A DNA stretch of 64,000 bases from positions 63,005-127,004 of the forward strand of contig JBGANF010000007.1 of assembly GCA_044222475.1 (NCBI GenBank), written 5' to 3'. Made by a program: the position numbers and the translations under genes. The DNA is from Polyangiaceae bacterium (GTDB lineage Bacteria > Myxococcota_A > Polyangia > Polyangiales > Polyangiaceae). Position 1 is the stretch's first letter, and each line of letters opens with the position of its first letter. Of this stretch, positions 39,344 through 49,392 are shown one piece after another. Below the pieces are notes generated by a model. That model saw only the letters and a program-made list of their open reading frames with translations, was not told the DNA's origin and ran no database searches.

Positions 39344-40786
39344 CTGACCATTGATCGGATCTCGTCTGCGCCCGGGAATTTGTCGAATTCGCGCCGTGTT
39401 TCGCGGGTATGACGACGAGCGAGCGCGCGTGGGCAAAAGAGGAATTTGGCGATGCGGAGCTGTCGGATCCGCGACGCGATGCGGCTCGTGGACGTAGCTA
39501 GGCGCGGCGGCGCACTCGCCCGCCGGAACCGTCACTGCCGTTTGCCGAGGTAGTGCAGCTCGTGAGGGGGCGTTTCGCTTCTTGGAAAACGAGTGTTCTT
39601 TCGACTGCAGTAGCGACCGCATCACCTGAAAACAGCGATCAAGCGCTGTCGAAAGTACGGTCGCGTTTCGTACCCTCGACGGGAGCAGTCTGTCTCACCG
39701 ATCGTGGCGGTGGAAGAGACGTCGGCAGCGTGGGTGCTGGCGACAGGGTGGGCGTGGATTGCTCGTCACGAGCGCACTCGCGGTGTCACCCGACGGGACA
39801 CCGCTCGGCATCTGCGGACAAGCATGGTGGGCTCGAACGGAGCGATCCACGCATACGTCGCGACACTCGATGTCAGGCGAATGAGACACGGCGTGGACCT
39901 CCTCGCCAACGTGCGTCGATCTTTTGCAGCCGTGGCACCGGGTGTGACTCCGTGGTTTCAGCTCGATCGTGGGTACGACGCGTGGCCGTGTTGCTGCTCG
40001 CGTGCCGAAAAAAAAATGCTTCTCACGGTGCGAGCTGCATGCAGCCGCTGCGTCCGGGCAGATCGGAGCGCGCCGAAGAGCGACCTCTTTACCGTCGCCC
40101 GACGGGCACCGGTGCTCGGTGCATACGACCCGACGATCCCGGGACGAGATGGCGTCCGCGCTCAGGCGCGCACATGGACGATGCCTCCTGCTCGGTGATG
40201 CTCGAGCTGAAGACAAGCAGCAAAAAGCGTGAGTACGTTTCGATGAACGTCGTCTTCGTCAAGGAACGACGCCCAGAAGCTATCCGGTGCATTGGATGCT
40301 GCTCACGACCGCACCCATTGCATCCCTAGCCGAAGCGCGCGCGATCGTGGATGGCTACGCGTCACGATGGAGGAATCGAAGAGTTTCACCGGGCGTGGAA
40401 GCAAGGCGTGTCAACGTCGAAGACACTCAGCTCCACAGCCGTGAAGCGATCATGAGTGGGCTACCATCCTCGCTGCCGTGGCAGTCCGTGCAACCCGACT
40501 CACGTACCTCGCTCGCGAGAAACCGGATGCGCCGGCGAGCGACGAGCTGTCGCGACCGAGGATCGACGCCGTGATCGCGTTGCGACAACCGAAGAACATC
40601 ACGCGCTGGGCGCCGAACCAACTCCTAGAGCAAGCTGTCCGGTGGACATCGCGCGTCGCGGATCCGACAGCTCCGCATCGCCAAATTCCTCTTTTGCCCA
40701 CGCGCGCTCGCTCGTCGTCATACCCGCGAAACACGGCGCGAATTCGACAAATTCCCGGGCGCAGACGAGATCCGATCAATGGTCAG
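39344..40786 (+). mobile_element. IS4-family (IS50/Tn5-like) element with 135-bp perfect terminal inverted repeats
   Basis: 39344-39478 is the exact reverse complement of 40652-40786; flanking direct repeat CTGCCGCC (8 bp, or 10 bp GCTGCCGCCC if ends are trimmed by one base). Confidence 0.9.
39409..40651 (+). pseudogene. Frameshifted, 3'-truncated IS4-family transposase
   Basis: Fragments in several frames: WAKEEFGDAELSDPRR, EGAFRFLEN, FQLDRGYD, WMLLTT...YASRW, EQAVRW. Confidence 0.88.
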
Positions 40787-40825
40787 CTGCCGCCCCCCTC
40801 TCCCCCCGGCCTCCAAGCATCGAGG

Positions 40826-42160
40826 TCAAGCCGGCCGGCGCTTCACCCAGCCTCGGGCCAAAATGAGTCCGATCGGCGACGTGAGCGCGATGAGCCCGTA
40901 GATCAGCCACATCGTCTCGGTGTCCTTCGGTCCCACTTTGGGACAATAGTGCTCCATCATCCACCCGGAGTAGAGCCCCGTCGTGCCCTTCGCGAGGATC
41001 CACGGCACGTTCGCCAGCCCCATGTACTGCGCGACCCGCCCCTCCGGCGCGAGCTCCGACGCGTACTCGAGGAAGCGCGCGCTCCACAGCGCCTCGCCGA
41101 TCGAGAAGATCACCAGGTAGAGCAGCAGGATCGGCAGCTTCGGCCCCAGGCACAGCAGGAACGTCGGGATGGCCGACACCGCGGTGCCGACGATCATCAT
41201 CGTGTAGACGTCGCGCTTCTTCGTCAGCGCGGTGATCGTCGGCACGCCGAAGAACACGATGAGGGGGTTCACCCAGTTGACGATCCACTCCATCTTCGCC
41301 GCGACCGCCTCGGGGTACGCGCGGAGAACGTAGTTCGGCATCGTGAGCCACTGATGCGCGAAGAGCGTGCGCACCGGGAGGAGCATGAAGATGAAGAACA
41401 CGAACCGCGCGTCGCGAAACGGGCTCGGCGCCTCCTTCGTCCCAATCAGGTACGCGTGCATCCGCTGGGGGATCGACCTCTTCGGGCCCGTCTCGTGGAC
41501 CACCGGCCGAATGGTCTCCGCCTCGCGCCGCTTGGTGAGCAGCACGGCGATCAACCCGAAGCAGAGCACCGAGATCGCGACGCACGCCCACCCGACGGCC
41601 GAGACGCCGCTGAGCGAGCCGCCGGCCTTCATCGCAGCGTCCCAGTGCTCGCGAACGGGCGGCGAGATCGCCCCGATCACGACGATCGCAAGGTTCATCG
41701 CGGCGTACATGAGGGCGTAGCCCATGCTGCTGGTGCGCTCGTCGGTGAACTGCTTGATCCCGGCGTAGGCGACGGGCTGGAGGATGCCCTCTCCGAGCGC
41801 GACGACGACGAGCCCGATCAGGACGACGGGGATGCGCGCGCTCCCAGCCGAGTGGGCGAACGCGTACGCGACGCGCCCAGCCAGCGCCAGGGCGAGCGCC
41901 GCGAGGATCCCCTTGCGAACGCCGGCCCGCTCGGCCGCCCCGCCGACGCCGATCATGAAGAGCGTCACGCTCATCGTGAAGAACGACACGACGCGCCCCG
42001 CCCACGTGTCGCTGATCCCGAGATCCTGCGTGAGGTACTCGGTCATCAGCGTGAGCACGCCGAAGTACGCCGCCGCGTCGACGGCGAAGGCGAGGATGAC
42101 GTACCAGAGGGCTGCCGGGCTCGAGCGGAGCGCCCGAAGCGCCGCCAAGAGCTCGCGCAT
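40826..42160 (-). CDS. MFS transporter (POT/peptide-like)
   Basis: About 12 TMs; LGEGILQP, YAAMNL, IFSIGEALWS...APEGRVAQYMG. Confidence 0.88.
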   Translation of the reverse strand: MRELLAALRALRSSPAALWYVILAFAVDAAAYFGVLTLMTEYLTQDLGISDTWAGRVVSFFTMSVTLFMIGVGGAAERAGVRKGILAALALALAGRVAYAFAHSAGSARIPVVLIGLVVVALGEGILQPVAYAGIKQFTDERTSSMGYALMYAAMNLAIVVIGAISPPVREHWDAAMKAGGSLSGVSAVGWACVAISVLCFGLIAVLLTKRREAETIRPVVHETGPKRSIPQRMHAYLIGTKEAPSPFRDARFVFFIFMLLPVRTLFAHQWLTMPNYVLRAYPEAVAAKMEWIVNWVNPLIVFFGVPTITALTKKRDVYTMMIVGTAVSAIPTFLLCLGPKLPILLLYLVIFSIGEALWSARFLEYASELAPEGRVAQYMGLANVPWILAKGTTGLYSGWMMEHYCPKVGPKDTETMWLIYGLIALTSPIGLILARGWVKRRPA

Positions 42161-42206
42161 GAGGCCTCGAGCTTAGATCAGCCGAGGGACCGCGTGGAAG
42201 GGCGGC

Positions 42207-42806
42207 TCAATCCGGCTTGGCGAGCTTGTCTTTGATCTTCTGCGCGATGTACGGGTAGCCCTGCGCCGGGTTCGCGAGCATCCCGGTGAACTGCGTGTAG
42301 TAGCTGTTCGTGAGGCTCGACCCTTCGGTGATCAGGTCGACGATCTTGAACGAGCCGACGCCGCCGACCACGAGGTAGTCGATCTCGACGGTGTCACGCG
42401 CGTTGGTCTTGTTCGTGGCGACCGTGTGTACCCTCACCGCGGCGCCCTGCTGCGACGAGCTGGGGTACGTCACCGTGTACTCGAGCGTGCGCTTGAGGTT
42501 CTTGCGGTAGTTCTTCTGCACGAGCTTCTTGAGCAGGTCGGTCACCTCGACCTGCTGCGCCGGCGTCAGCTTGCCCCAGTCGGCCCGGAAGCAGCCCTTC
42601 GCGAGCTCCCCGTAGTCGATGAGGAGATCGAACTGAGCGCTGATCTTCGCATCGCGATCGGCCGACGCCGGCTGGCTGATGAGCGCGGTGAGGTTGGTGT
42701 GCCCGACCTTCACGAAGTCCAGGGCCGTGGGAGCGCCCTGGGCGAAGGACAGCCCGGACACCGCGAGCACGACGGCCACGAGAAGAAGTGCGAAAAAGCG
42801 GCGCAT
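42207..42806 (-). CDS. MlaC/Ttg2D-family phospholipid-binding protein
   Basis: Signal peptide; WGKLTPAQQ, IDY, KIVDLITEGSSL. Confidence 0.85.
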   Translation of the reverse strand: MRRFFALLLVAVVLAVSGLSFAQGAPTALDFVKVGHTNLTALISQPASADRDAKISAQFDLLIDYGELAKGCFRADWGKLTPAQQVEVTDLLKKLVQKNYRKNLKRTLEYTVTYPSSSQQGAAVRVHTVATNKTNARDTVEIDYLVVGGVGSFKIVDLITEGSSLTNSYYTQFTGMLANPAQGYPYIAQKIKDKLAKPD

Positions 42807-42848
42807 TTCGAGGTTCCACTGCGTTGGACGGTCGAGCCCGACCGTGAT

Positions 42849-44249
42849 TCAACTCGGCTTGGCCGTTACGTAATCCGCGGCCGCCGCCGGCGCAAGGCTG
42901 GGCGCCCGGCGGAGTCGCACGATGAACCGGCCGCCCCCCTCGGGCGCGCTCGCGACGTCGATGCTCGCTCCGTGCTTCGCGTGGTCGTCGATGATCCGCT
43001 TCACGACGGCGAGCCCAATCCCGGCCCCGTGGGAGCGCGTCGTGTAGAAGCCGTCGAAGATCTTCGCCCGCGCCTCCTCGTCGATCCCGGGCCCTTCGTC
43101 GTCGACGCACAGCTCGACGCGATCGCCGTCGCCAACGCGCACGCGAACGAAGACCCGCTTGTCGATCTCGCTCGCCTGACGCGCGTTGCGCACCAGGTTC
43201 CACAGCACCTGCCGCATCTGCGCGGCGTCACACATCGCGGGCGCCGACTCGGGGCCCTCGTACCGGACCTCCGCCGCGGGCCCTGGCGCCCGCGCGGCGA
43301 GCGCGACGACCTCGCGCGCGAGGCTCGCGACGTCGACCCGCTCGATCTGCGCCGGACGAGGCTTCGACAGATCGAGCATGTCGCCCACGAGATCGTTCAG
43401 CCGACTCACCTCGCGCGAGACGATCTCGCAGAGCGCGCGATCCTCGGGAGAGAGCGCGCGCGAATCCCCCAGCAGCTCGATCGAGCCGGAGATCGATCCC
43501 AGGGGGTTGCGGATCTCGTGAGCGAGCCACGCCGCGATCCGGCCGAGCTCGGCGAGCCGCTCCGCTTCGGTGTACCGCTGGGTCGCGACCTCGAGCGCGC
43601 CACCCGTCGTGCGGAGGCGCTCCGCGAGGTACCCCGCGAGCACCGCGACGACGGTGATGCCGAGCCCGTTCACGAGGAGCGGGTAGCCCATCTCGGAGAG
43701 CTGTGTCGCGTACGTCACGGCCGGTTGATCGTGCGGCGGAAGCACGACGTGAAACGCGAACGCGGCGCACAAGAGGGCGTAGAGCCCGTAGCCCACCAGC
43801 GCGGCGACCGCTGCGCCGCGGAGGCCGATGACCGTCGCCCCGACGAGCACCGAGAGCCCGTAGAACGAGGTCGCGCCGCTCGCCGGTCCGCCGGTCACGT
43901 ACACGATCGCGGTCCAGAGCAGCTGGTCGACGACGACGTGGGCGTACGCGAGCCATCGCCGCTCGCGCCGCCGACGGAGGAGGATCGCCTCCACCGCCGA
44001 GATCGCGTACGCGAGCGCGATGGTCGCGAGGACGACGCGGCTGCTCGGCGAGCTGAGGCCGAGACCACCGCGCAGGTAGAGGAACGCCGCCCCCGCGAGG
44101 AGCGCGGTCGTCACCAAGAGCCTCGCGGCGGTGACGGCGGGGAGGCGACGGCCCAGCTCCTCGTCGCGAGAAGCTCCCGCGCCCACGAGCCACGGCGCCG
44201 AGGCCATCGGCGTTCGAGAGCGCTTCGGGGGCGCTCCCGTCTTCGTCAC
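42849..44249 (-). CDS. pilS: PilS-like sensor histidine kinase
   Basis: Multi-TM N-terminus with YVTGG..S, LAHEIRNPL, QVLWNLVRNA; follows pilC with overlap. Confidence 0.75.
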   Translation of the reverse strand: MTKTGAPPKRSRTPMASAPWLVGAGASRDEELGRRLPAVTAARLLVTTALLAGAAFLYLRGGLGLSSPSSRVVLATIALAYAISAVEAILLRRRRERRWLAYAHVVVDQLLWTAIVYVTGGPASGATSFYGLSVLVGATVIGLRGAAVAALVGYGLYALLCAAFAFHVVLPPHDQPAVTYATQLSEMGYPLLVNGLGITVVAVLAGYLAERLRTTGGALEVATQRYTEAERLAELGRIAAWLAHEIRNPLGSISGSIELLGDSRALSPEDRALCEIVSREVSRLNDLVGDMLDLSKPRPAQIERVDVASLAREVVALAARAPGPAAEVRYEGPESAPAMCDAAQMRQVLWNLVRNARQASEIDKRVFVRVRVGDGDRVELCVDDEGPGIDEEARAKIFDGFYTTRSHGAGIGLAVVKRIIDDHAKHGASIDVASAPEGGGRFIVRLRRAPSLAPAAAADYVTAKPS

Positions 44250-45457
44250 TGGGCTTTGATCTTCCCCGCGAGGGTGAAGATCGGGAGATACATCGCGATG
44301 AGCACGACGCCGACGGTGCTACCGATGCCGACCATCATGATCGGCTCGATGAGGCTGGTCATGGCGGCGACGGCGACGTCGACTTCGTCCTCGTAGAAAT
44401 CGGCGATCTTGTTGAGCATCGCGTCGAGCGCGCCGGTCTGCTCGCCGACGCCGACCATCTGCACGACCATCGGCGGGAAGACGTTCGCCTCCATGAGCGG
44501 CTCGGCCATGTTGCGGCCTTCGCTGATCTTCTGGCGCGCGAAGAGGATCGCCTCCTCGATGATGACGTTGCCGGCAGTGCGCGCGACGATGTCGAGCGCG
44601 TCGAGGATGGGCACGCCCGACGACAGCAGCGTGCCGAGAGTGCGCGTGAACCGCGCGACCGCGATCTTCCGGATGACCGGTCCGATGACCGGCAAGCGGA
44701 GCATCAGCTTGTGGAAGAACTTCTTCCCACCTGGCGTCTTGTAGACGTAGGCGACGACGAAGCCGGTCACGATCAGCAGCGGGATGATCCAGAACAGGTT
44801 CCCGACGAACGCCTCCGACGTCCAGATGACGACCTGCGTGAGCTTGGGAAGCTCGTCCTTCGATCCGAGGTCCTTGAAGATGTTCTTGAACGACGGGATG
44901 ACCCAGCCGAGGAGGATGCTGCAGACGCCCATGAAGACGACGAGGACGACGCTCGGGTAGACCATCGCGCCGCGAAGCTGACGCTTCAGCTTCACGCTCT
45001 TCTCGTTGTAGGTCGCGAGGCGGTTCAGGATCGTGTCGAGGATGCCGCCCGCTTCGCCCGCTTGGACGAGGTTGCAGTAGAGGCCATCGAACACGTCGGG
45101 GTGTTTGCGCAGCGACTCGCTGAAGGTCTTGCCTTGCTCGACTTGGGCCTTCACGTCCCCGATGATCGCGGCGAACGGCTTGCTGTCGGTCTGTCCCTGC
45201 AGGATGTCGAGGCACTGCACGATCGGCAGGCCGGCGTCGATCATCGTCGAGAGGAGGCGCGTGAAGGTGACGAGGTCCTTCTGCGAGACCGGGCTCCCGA
45301 TCGAGAAGTTGAACTCCTTGCCCTTCTTCTTGACCCGGGTCGGCGTGAGCTTCTGGGAACGGAGCCGCGACTCGACGGTCTCTTCCGAGTCCGCCTCCAT
45401 CAACCCTTTGCGGACCTCCCCGCCTTGGGCTCGCGCTTCCCAGACCCACTCAGCCAT
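44246..45457 (-). CDS. pilC: Type IV pilus platform protein PilC (GspF family)
   Basis: FTRLLSTMIDAGLP, AGEAGGILD, AMVYP, VGEQTGALD, AMYLPIF. Confidence 0.93.
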   Translation of the reverse strand: MAEWVWEARAQGGEVRKGLMEADSEETVESRLRSQKLTPTRVKKKGKEFNFSIGSPVSQKDLVTFTRLLSTMIDAGLPIVQCLDILQGQTDSKPFAAIIGDVKAQVEQGKTFSESLRKHPDVFDGLYCNLVQAGEAGGILDTILNRLATYNEKSVKLKRQLRGAMVYPSVVLVVFMGVCSILLGWVIPSFKNIFKDLGSKDELPKLTQVVIWTSEAFVGNLFWIIPLLIVTGFVVAYVYKTPGGKKFFHKLMLRLPVIGPVIRKIAVARFTRTLGTLLSSGVPILDALDIVARTAGNVIIEEAILFARQKISEGRNMAEPLMEANVFPPMVVQMVGVGEQTGALDAMLNKIADFYEDEVDVAVAAMTSLIEPIMMVGIGSTVGVVLIAMYLPIFTLAGKIKAQ

Positions 45458-45519
45458 GAAGAGCGAAGTGTAACCCCGCGGTTCGCCAAGCGTCAAAAAC
45501 CAGCTATTCACCCCTACGG

Positions 45520-46596
45520 ATGGACCCGACGTGTGAGGAACTCTGCGACAGGCTCGTTGGGGAAGGCGTCGCGCCGATGGCGGCTGCCGGCTTCGCCCGC
45601 CGCGCGAACGGGCGCTGGACCGAGGGGACCGGCGGGTCGACGGACGTGATCTTCGATCTCGCGAGTGTCACGAAGCCCGTCGTGGCCGTGGCGTTCGCGG
45701 CGAGCGGGCACGATCGCGAGACGCCGCTCGCGAAGTGGGTCCCCGAGACGTCGGGCACTCACGCGGGTGGACTTCCGGTGGAGCTCTTGTTCGCTCATCG
45801 GGCCGGCCTCGCCGCGCATGGCAAGCTGTGGACCCCGCTTCTCGAATCGCCACCGCGCCCGATCGACCGCACCGCGGCGTTGCGCGAGGCCGCGAGCATG
45901 GTGCGCGACGACGCGCGCGAGGCTCCTTTCGCGCCGGTCTACAGCGATCTCGGATACGCGCTCGCAGGGGAAGCGCTCGTGCGTTCGATCGGAGGACCCG
46001 GCGTGCGGACCGACGAAGTCCTCGAAGCCGTCATCGTGGGCCCCCTCGGCCTCCACGGAGAGCTCGGCAGCGCGCGAAGCTTGTGCCTCCTCGCGCCCGA
46101 CACGCCCGTGCTCGTGGCCCCGACCGAGGTCGTCCCATGGAGGGACGACTCGGGCGCACCGCTGCGCGGAGTCGTCCACGACGAGAACGCCTGGGCGCTC
46201 GCTCCCGACGGCGTGCAGGGGCACGCTGGGCTCTTCGGTAACGTTCATGCCGTGCTCCGCTTCGGCGTGGCGGTGCTCGACGCGCTCCACGGGCGTGGGT
46301 CGCCGCTCGGGCACCCGTCGGGGTCACTCGACTGGCTCGTCCGCGAGCGCGAAGGGGGAACGCTCCGCGCCGGCTTCGACGGCAAGAGCGGCGAGGGCTC
46401 CTCGGCCGGGTCCGTCCTCGGCCCGCGGACGTTCGGTCACCTCGGGTTCACCGGGACCAGCATCTGGATCGACCCCGACGCCGAGATCGTCGTCGCGCTC
46501 CTCACGAACCGCGTCTGCCCCACCCGCGACAACGTGAAGATCCGCGCCGCGCGGCCGTCCGCCCACGACGAACTCGCGCGCGCGGCCCTCCGCTAG
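45520..46596 (+). CDS. Beta-lactamase-family serine hydrolase
   Basis: FDLASVTK (SxxK), YSD, VHDENA, GHLGFTGTS. Confidence 0.9.
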   Translation: MDPTCEELCDRLVGEGVAPMAAAGFARRANGRWTEGTGGSTDVIFDLASVTKPVVAVAFAASGHDRETPLAKWVPETSGTHAGGLPVELLFAHRAGLAAHGKLWTPLLESPPRPIDRTAALREAASMVRDDAREAPFAPVYSDLGYALAGEALVRSIGGPGVRTDEVLEAVIVGPLGLHGELGSARSLCLLAPDTPVLVAPTEVVPWRDDSGAPLRGVVHDENAWALAPDGVQGHAGLFGNVHAVLRFGVAVLDALHGRGSPLGHPSGSLDWLVREREGGTLRAGFDGKSGEGSSAGSVLGPRTFGHLGFTGTSIWIDPDAEIVVALLTNRVCPTRDNVKIRAARPSAHDELARAALR

Positions 46597-46608
46597 TACC
46601 ATTCCAGC

Positions 46609-48444
46609 ATGGCCGAGAGCACGTCCCCCGAAGCGAAGGAGACCGAAGATTCGGTCGATCGCGACAGCGGGCCGGTGCCGGTTCCGCCGCCCAAGCAAGC
46701 CCTCGCCAAAGCGAAGACCACGAAGGCGAAGGCACCCCGGGCGCCCGTGAGCGTGCGGCCCAAGCAGAGCGGCTCGTACCGACCGCTCGCCACGAACACG
46801 TGGCGCTTCGTGCGCGCCTACTACACGACGTTCGTCGTCATCGCGAGCTACCTCTGGCTCTCGTTCTGGGGCCGCATCTTCGGCGAGTCGTGGCGCGCTC
46901 CGCGGTTGCCGATCGTCCATCGCGCGAACGCCGCGCTCGTCAACGCCACGATCCTCGAGCTCCAGGGCCTCTTCATCAAGGTCGGTCAGCTCTTGTCGAT
47001 CATGTCGAACTTCCTCCCGGACGAGTTCCGCTCCGAGCTCGAGGGCCTCCAAGACCAAGTTCCGCCGAGGCCCTACTCGGAGATCGCCGAGCGCATCCAG
47101 ATGGACCTCGGCGGCAAGGTCGACGACATCTTCGCCGAGTTCGATCGCACCCCCCTCGCGAGCGCGTCCCTCGGTCAGGTGCACGAAGCGCGGCTGAAGG
47201 ACGGCCGCCGCGTGGCGGTGAAGATCCAGCACAAGGACATCGACGAGATGGTCCGGCTCGACCTCATCACGATCCGCCGCATCATGGCGATCGTTCAGTT
47301 CTTCGTCCCGGTGCAGGGGCTCGACCAGTACTACAGCCAGATCAAAGCGCTCTTGTACGAGGAGCTCGATTTCGAGCGCGAGGCCGACAACATCGAGAAG
47401 ATCTCCAAGAACTTCACCCAGAACCCGATGGTCGTGTTCCCCACGCCCATCCGCGAGTACTCGACGAAGAAGGTCATCACGCAGACGTTCGTCGAGGGAG
47501 TGAAGATCGGCGACATCGGAGCCATCGACACGCTCGGGATCGACAAGAAGGATCTCGCGAGCCGGCTCGTGCGCGCCTACTGCCAGATGATCTTCGTCGA
47601 CGGCATCTACCACGCCGATCCGCACCCCGGGAACGTGTTCGTCCGCGAGGACGGCGCGCTGATCCTCCTCGACTTCGGCGCCGTCGCCGAGCTGTCGCCG
47701 CAGATGCGCGACGGCATCCCGGAGTTCCTCGAGGGCGTGCTGCGACGCGACACGCAGCGCCTGATGAAGGCGATGAAGAAGATGGGCTTCCTCGCCAAGG
47801 ACGGCGACGAGCGCGTCAGCGAGCTCCTCATCGAGCACTTCCACAAGAAGTTCCAGGAAGAGGTGAAGATCGAGAGCTTCAACCTCAAGGACGTGAAGAT
47901 CGACCCGCAGAAGGGCTTCGAGAACCTGCTCGATCTGCGGAAGATGAACATCGGCATCAAGGAGCTCTCGTCGACGTTCCTGATCCCGCGCGACTGGGTC
48001 CTCCTCGAGCGCACGATCCTTCTTTTGTACGGGTGCTGCACGCTCCTCGATCCGGAGCTCAACCCGGCGTCGATCATCAAGCCGTACCTCCAGGACTTCG
48101 TGCTCGGCAACCGCGACTGGCAGCAGCTCGCGATGGAAGCCGTGCGCGACATGGCGATGGGCGCGGTCACGCTCCCGGAGGACTTCCGCAAGTACTTGAC
48201 GAAGGCCACGCGCGGCGAGCTCGAGATGCGCGTGCGCGGGGTCCAGGAGGGCGGGAAGACCGTCTACGTCGCCGGCCGGCAGATCATCTACGCGGCGTTC
48301 ACGATCGCGTGCGGGTTCGCGGCGCTTCAGTTGCACTTCCACGGAGAGGACGTACTCGCCCGCTGGCCGCTCGGCTTTGGAGGCCTCTCGCTGCTGTTCT
48401 TCCTCGGATCGTCGGTGCTGTCGCGGCCGAGCACCCCGCGCTAG
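46609..48444 (+). CDS. ABC1/UbiB (AarF)-family atypical kinase
   Basis: FIKVGQ, ASASLGQVH, VAVKIQ, ELDF, HADPHPGN, LLDFG. Confidence 0.95.
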   Translation: MAESTSPEAKETEDSVDRDSGPVPVPPPKQALAKAKTTKAKAPRAPVSVRPKQSGSYRPLATNTWRFVRAYYTTFVVIASYLWLSFWGRIFGESWRAPRLPIVHRANAALVNATILELQGLFIKVGQLLSIMSNFLPDEFRSELEGLQDQVPPRPYSEIAERIQMDLGGKVDDIFAEFDRTPLASASLGQVHEARLKDGRRVAVKIQHKDIDEMVRLDLITIRRIMAIVQFFVPVQGLDQYYSQIKALLYEELDFEREADNIEKISKNFTQNPMVVFPTPIREYSTKKVITQTFVEGVKIGDIGAIDTLGIDKKDLASRLVRAYCQMIFVDGIYHADPHPGNVFVREDGALILLDFGAVAELSPQMRDGIPEFLEGVLRRDTQRLMKAMKKMGFLAKDGDERVSELLIEHFHKKFQEEVKIESFNLKDVKIDPQKGFENLLDLRKMNIGIKELSSTFLIPRDWVLLERTILLLYGCCTLLDPELNPASIIKPYLQDFVLGNRDWQQLAMEAVRDMAMGAVTLPEDFRKYLTKATRGELEMRVRGVQEGGKTVYVAGRQIIYAAFTIACGFAALQLHFHGEDVLARWPLGFGGLSLLFFLGSSVLSRPSTPR

Positions 48445-48453
48445 CCTCGGCGC

Positions 48454-49392
48454 ATGAGCGAACGACGATTGAAGTGGGTCGCGACGGTGGGGTGCGAGGG
48501 CGGTCCGGTGATGCTCGCGGACCTCCCCGACTTCGGACAATGGACCGGCGCAGCGCCCTACCCGGAGCTGCGGAAGCTCAGCCCCAAGTTCGCCGAGTCG
48601 ACGAAGGATCGGATGCGCACGCTCCACTACTGGGGGCAGTTCACCGACAAGCTCCCGGCGCCATTCGCCGCGGAAGGCGGTCACCAGTACGTCGAGTGCG
48701 CGACCGAAGAGGAAGCCCAGGCGAAGCTCGCCGAGCTGTGCCGCGTCGTCAAAGAGAAGCTGCCCAAGGTCGAGATCTCCGAGGACGAAGAGCAGACGCA
48801 CTTCCTACTTCCCGGCGACGACGACGACGAGCAGATGTGGGCCGAGCTCGCGCCGAAGTCCGAGTACGACGCGTCGTGGCAGGCCCACGAAGGCGACGAG
48901 AGCTGGGTGCACGCCTACGGCAAGACCGCGAAGGCGCTGTTCTGGGACATCGGCGGTCCCGGCGTGGCCGAGGTCGGCGTCTCGGCGGACGGCACCGAGA
49001 TCGTCCTCGTGCGCTCGTGGGTCGACGAAGACGAAGACGAGGAGAGCGTGAAGGCGCTCGTCGACGCGCCCAGCGAGTCCGAGGAGCCCGCCGGCGAGTT
49101 TTCGATCCCGAGCGGCAAGGCGCTCGTCGTTTGGTCGCCGATCGCACCGTTTCAGCTCACGGGCATGAACGGACCGGACGACCTGCTGAAGCTCGGCGAC
49201 GCCGGGGATCCGCCCGAGCTCGACACCGAGATGATCGGCGGCGTCGGGACCGTGCTGCGGGTGAAACCGGGTCGCTGGGTGGTCACGATCGCGAGCACCG
49301 ACGACGACGGCGACGAGGACGACGAGGACGAGGACGACGACGACGAGAGCTCGTGGTCGTGTCGCTGGATGCGCCTCAAGTGGGTCGGCTGA
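48454..49392 (+). CDS. Acidic hypothetical protein, possibly Imm21-like immunity protein
   Basis: N-terminal KWV...EGGPVML...W.G and later EYD pattern recall Imm21; family call is weak. Confidence 0.6.
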   Translation: MSERRLKWVATVGCEGGPVMLADLPDFGQWTGAAPYPELRKLSPKFAESTKDRMRTLHYWGQFTDKLPAPFAAEGGHQYVECATEEEAQAKLAELCRVVKEKLPKVEISEDEEQTHFLLPGDDDDEQMWAELAPKSEYDASWQAHEGDESWVHAYGKTAKALFWDIGGPGVAEVGVSADGTEIVLVRSWVDEDEDEESVKALVDAPSESEEPAGEFSIPSGKALVVWSPIAPFQLTGMNGPDDLLKLGDAGDPPELDTEMIGGVGTVLRVKPGRWVVTIASTDDDGDEDDEDEDDDDESSWSCRWMRLKWVG

